A DNA stretch of 64,000 nt from Octopus sinensis. Lineage: Eukaryota. The notes beneath the pieces were generated by a model. The model had not been told where the DNA came from and did not search any database. It worked only from the letters and a program-made list of their open reading frames with translations. The stretch spans positions 28,705,360 to 28,769,359 of the forward strand of contig NC_043019.1 of assembly GCF_006345805.1 (NCBI RefSeq), written 5' to 3'. This document shows, piece by piece, positions 62,386 to 64,000 of the stretch (positions are counted from its first letter, which is position 1; every line of letters starts with the position of its first letter). The position numbers and the translations under genes were made by a program.

Positions 62386-64000
62386 AAAATATTTTTTGGA
62401 ACACCTGAGTAGAGGTAGTATGGTTCAATCTAAACAATATGAGATTAATTACAGAAGAATATACGTTACTATTCCCAATGTAAGAATGGTACTTGGTCAA
62501 GGAAAACCATCAACATTAAGGGGAATGTATGTTGTGACATGTCAATAAATACATATGATTGGGCCCGCCCAAGGCATTGATTTTCCCGGGGGTGGGTGTG
62601 CTATAATGCTGTTAAAACAGACCTGTATTGATCCATTAATTGCATTATTAGTATCTTAAATATCAAAATCACAAATTTTTAGCCGGATCATTTGTTTTCG
62701 GATGCATAGGAAATAACGTGATTCGTCTCTGAAGTCATGCTCAATCAATATAATGTCCAATCCAAAAGAACTGATATCTTTCCGTATGGTGTCAAACTGT
62801 GGTCTGTACTTGACGTCAGCTAAGTGAGAATGATTTTGCCTCGGGAGGAAATGGATCCAAGCATGCTCTTCTCCTAAGTTAAATTTCTTTGTAGGCTGAA
62901 TCAGAACATTAAGTTTTTAGGTGTACGATTAATTTTACAAAAGCTTTCTTCTCAATAGAGTAAGAAACGCGAAATCTAGAAAAAAAAATCTTCGTAAATT
63001 GTGTTGCTCGACGGAAGGACCACAAGACTGTGGCAGAGTTTCTTTGTAATGTTGGCTGGAATATTGGTTTTAGTTGTCAACATTAAAAATAATGAATATA
63101 TATGTCTCGATTTCAAATTTTGGCATAAGGTAGCGATTTCGGAGGAAAGCTGATTACATCGATACCAGTGGTCAACGGTACTTATTTTATCGATCTCTGC
63201 TAGGATGAAAGGTAAACTCGATCTCGGCTAAATTTGAACTCAGACGGACGAAATACCGCTTAGCATTTTGCCCTGCGTGTTTAACCAGCTCGCCGCCTTA
63301 GATATACATGTAATATCATAATACTATATGTAGGGTGTTTTCAAGGAAAAATGTTCACGGAAAAAGTGAGCATAAACTACCCAGCAGGAAGCTGTTGGTT
63401 ACCCACTTCAAAGAGTTTGTACAGCTATAAGCACATCTTCATAAGTTGCGTGTTGTTCGACGTTAGTACCACAAAACTGGCAGAGTTTCTTTGAGGTGTC
63501 TGTTATTAATACTAAATATATATATAATGCCACGATGCATTGTAAGGTGTTTGAAGCTGTACATGTCATATATTGTTAACAAATAACTGACTTAAATTTT
63601 TTGTTTCATTGTCTTACACTTTAGTAATTGAATGAAAGAGTTTTTTTCCCCACACGTGTGTAATGCCATCATATATAAATTGTGTACGGGTCATGTACTG
63701 TCAGCTAAAAACTGATTTAAAACCATTTTTTTAAATATTACATTAATTGTATATAGTATTTAAATAAAACATGACTTTTTTAGCGATATTTTTTTTTCTA
63801 GCTAAAATTGTGAAATTTTTCTGTGACTTTATTTCCGAATATCCAAACACGTTTTTTTCTGCTGTGACACATTGTTGCACCTCAAACTCTATTTCTAGTG
63901 TATTTGGGCCAATTCTTCCTAGTATGTATCATTGTAGCTCGCAAATGTGGTGATGCTGAATGCTAAGCATGGTGGGATCGGTTGTCATCATTCTAAGACA

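Overview
AT-rich eukaryotic genomic DNA, most likely Octopus. This is inferred from the SINE families and microsatellite style, not from a database search. One host gene is clear: HYPK (huntingtin-interacting protein K, NatA regulator), on the + strand in 3 coding exons (4660-4812, 8925-9032, 21100-21195; 118 aa) with 4.1 kb and 12.1 kb introns. Most of the rest is a dense, nested mobile-element landscape. It includes at least five tRNA-type/SINE families and short LINE remnants (CR1/L2-type, two RTE-type, and Penelope GIY-YIG plus Penelope termini with a hammerhead-like core). There are three kinds of rolling-circle element: four ~370-400 bp Helitrons, a RepHel helicase C-terminal remnant and a Helentron/HINE-like copy. 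MITEs include piggyBac-like (TTAA), hAT and GG-ended 8-bp-TSD (Merlin-like) types. Also present are two long inverted repeats, a 91/93-bp hairpin-bearing minisatellite and very long microsatellites. Two possible exons of an unidentified + strand gene lie near 59.4-59.6 kb. I found no clearly new biological system. The best leads are fixed-junction SINE multimers, the perfect 135-bp hairpin, the Penelope hammerhead-like motif and the dsRNA-forming architecture of the HYPK introns.
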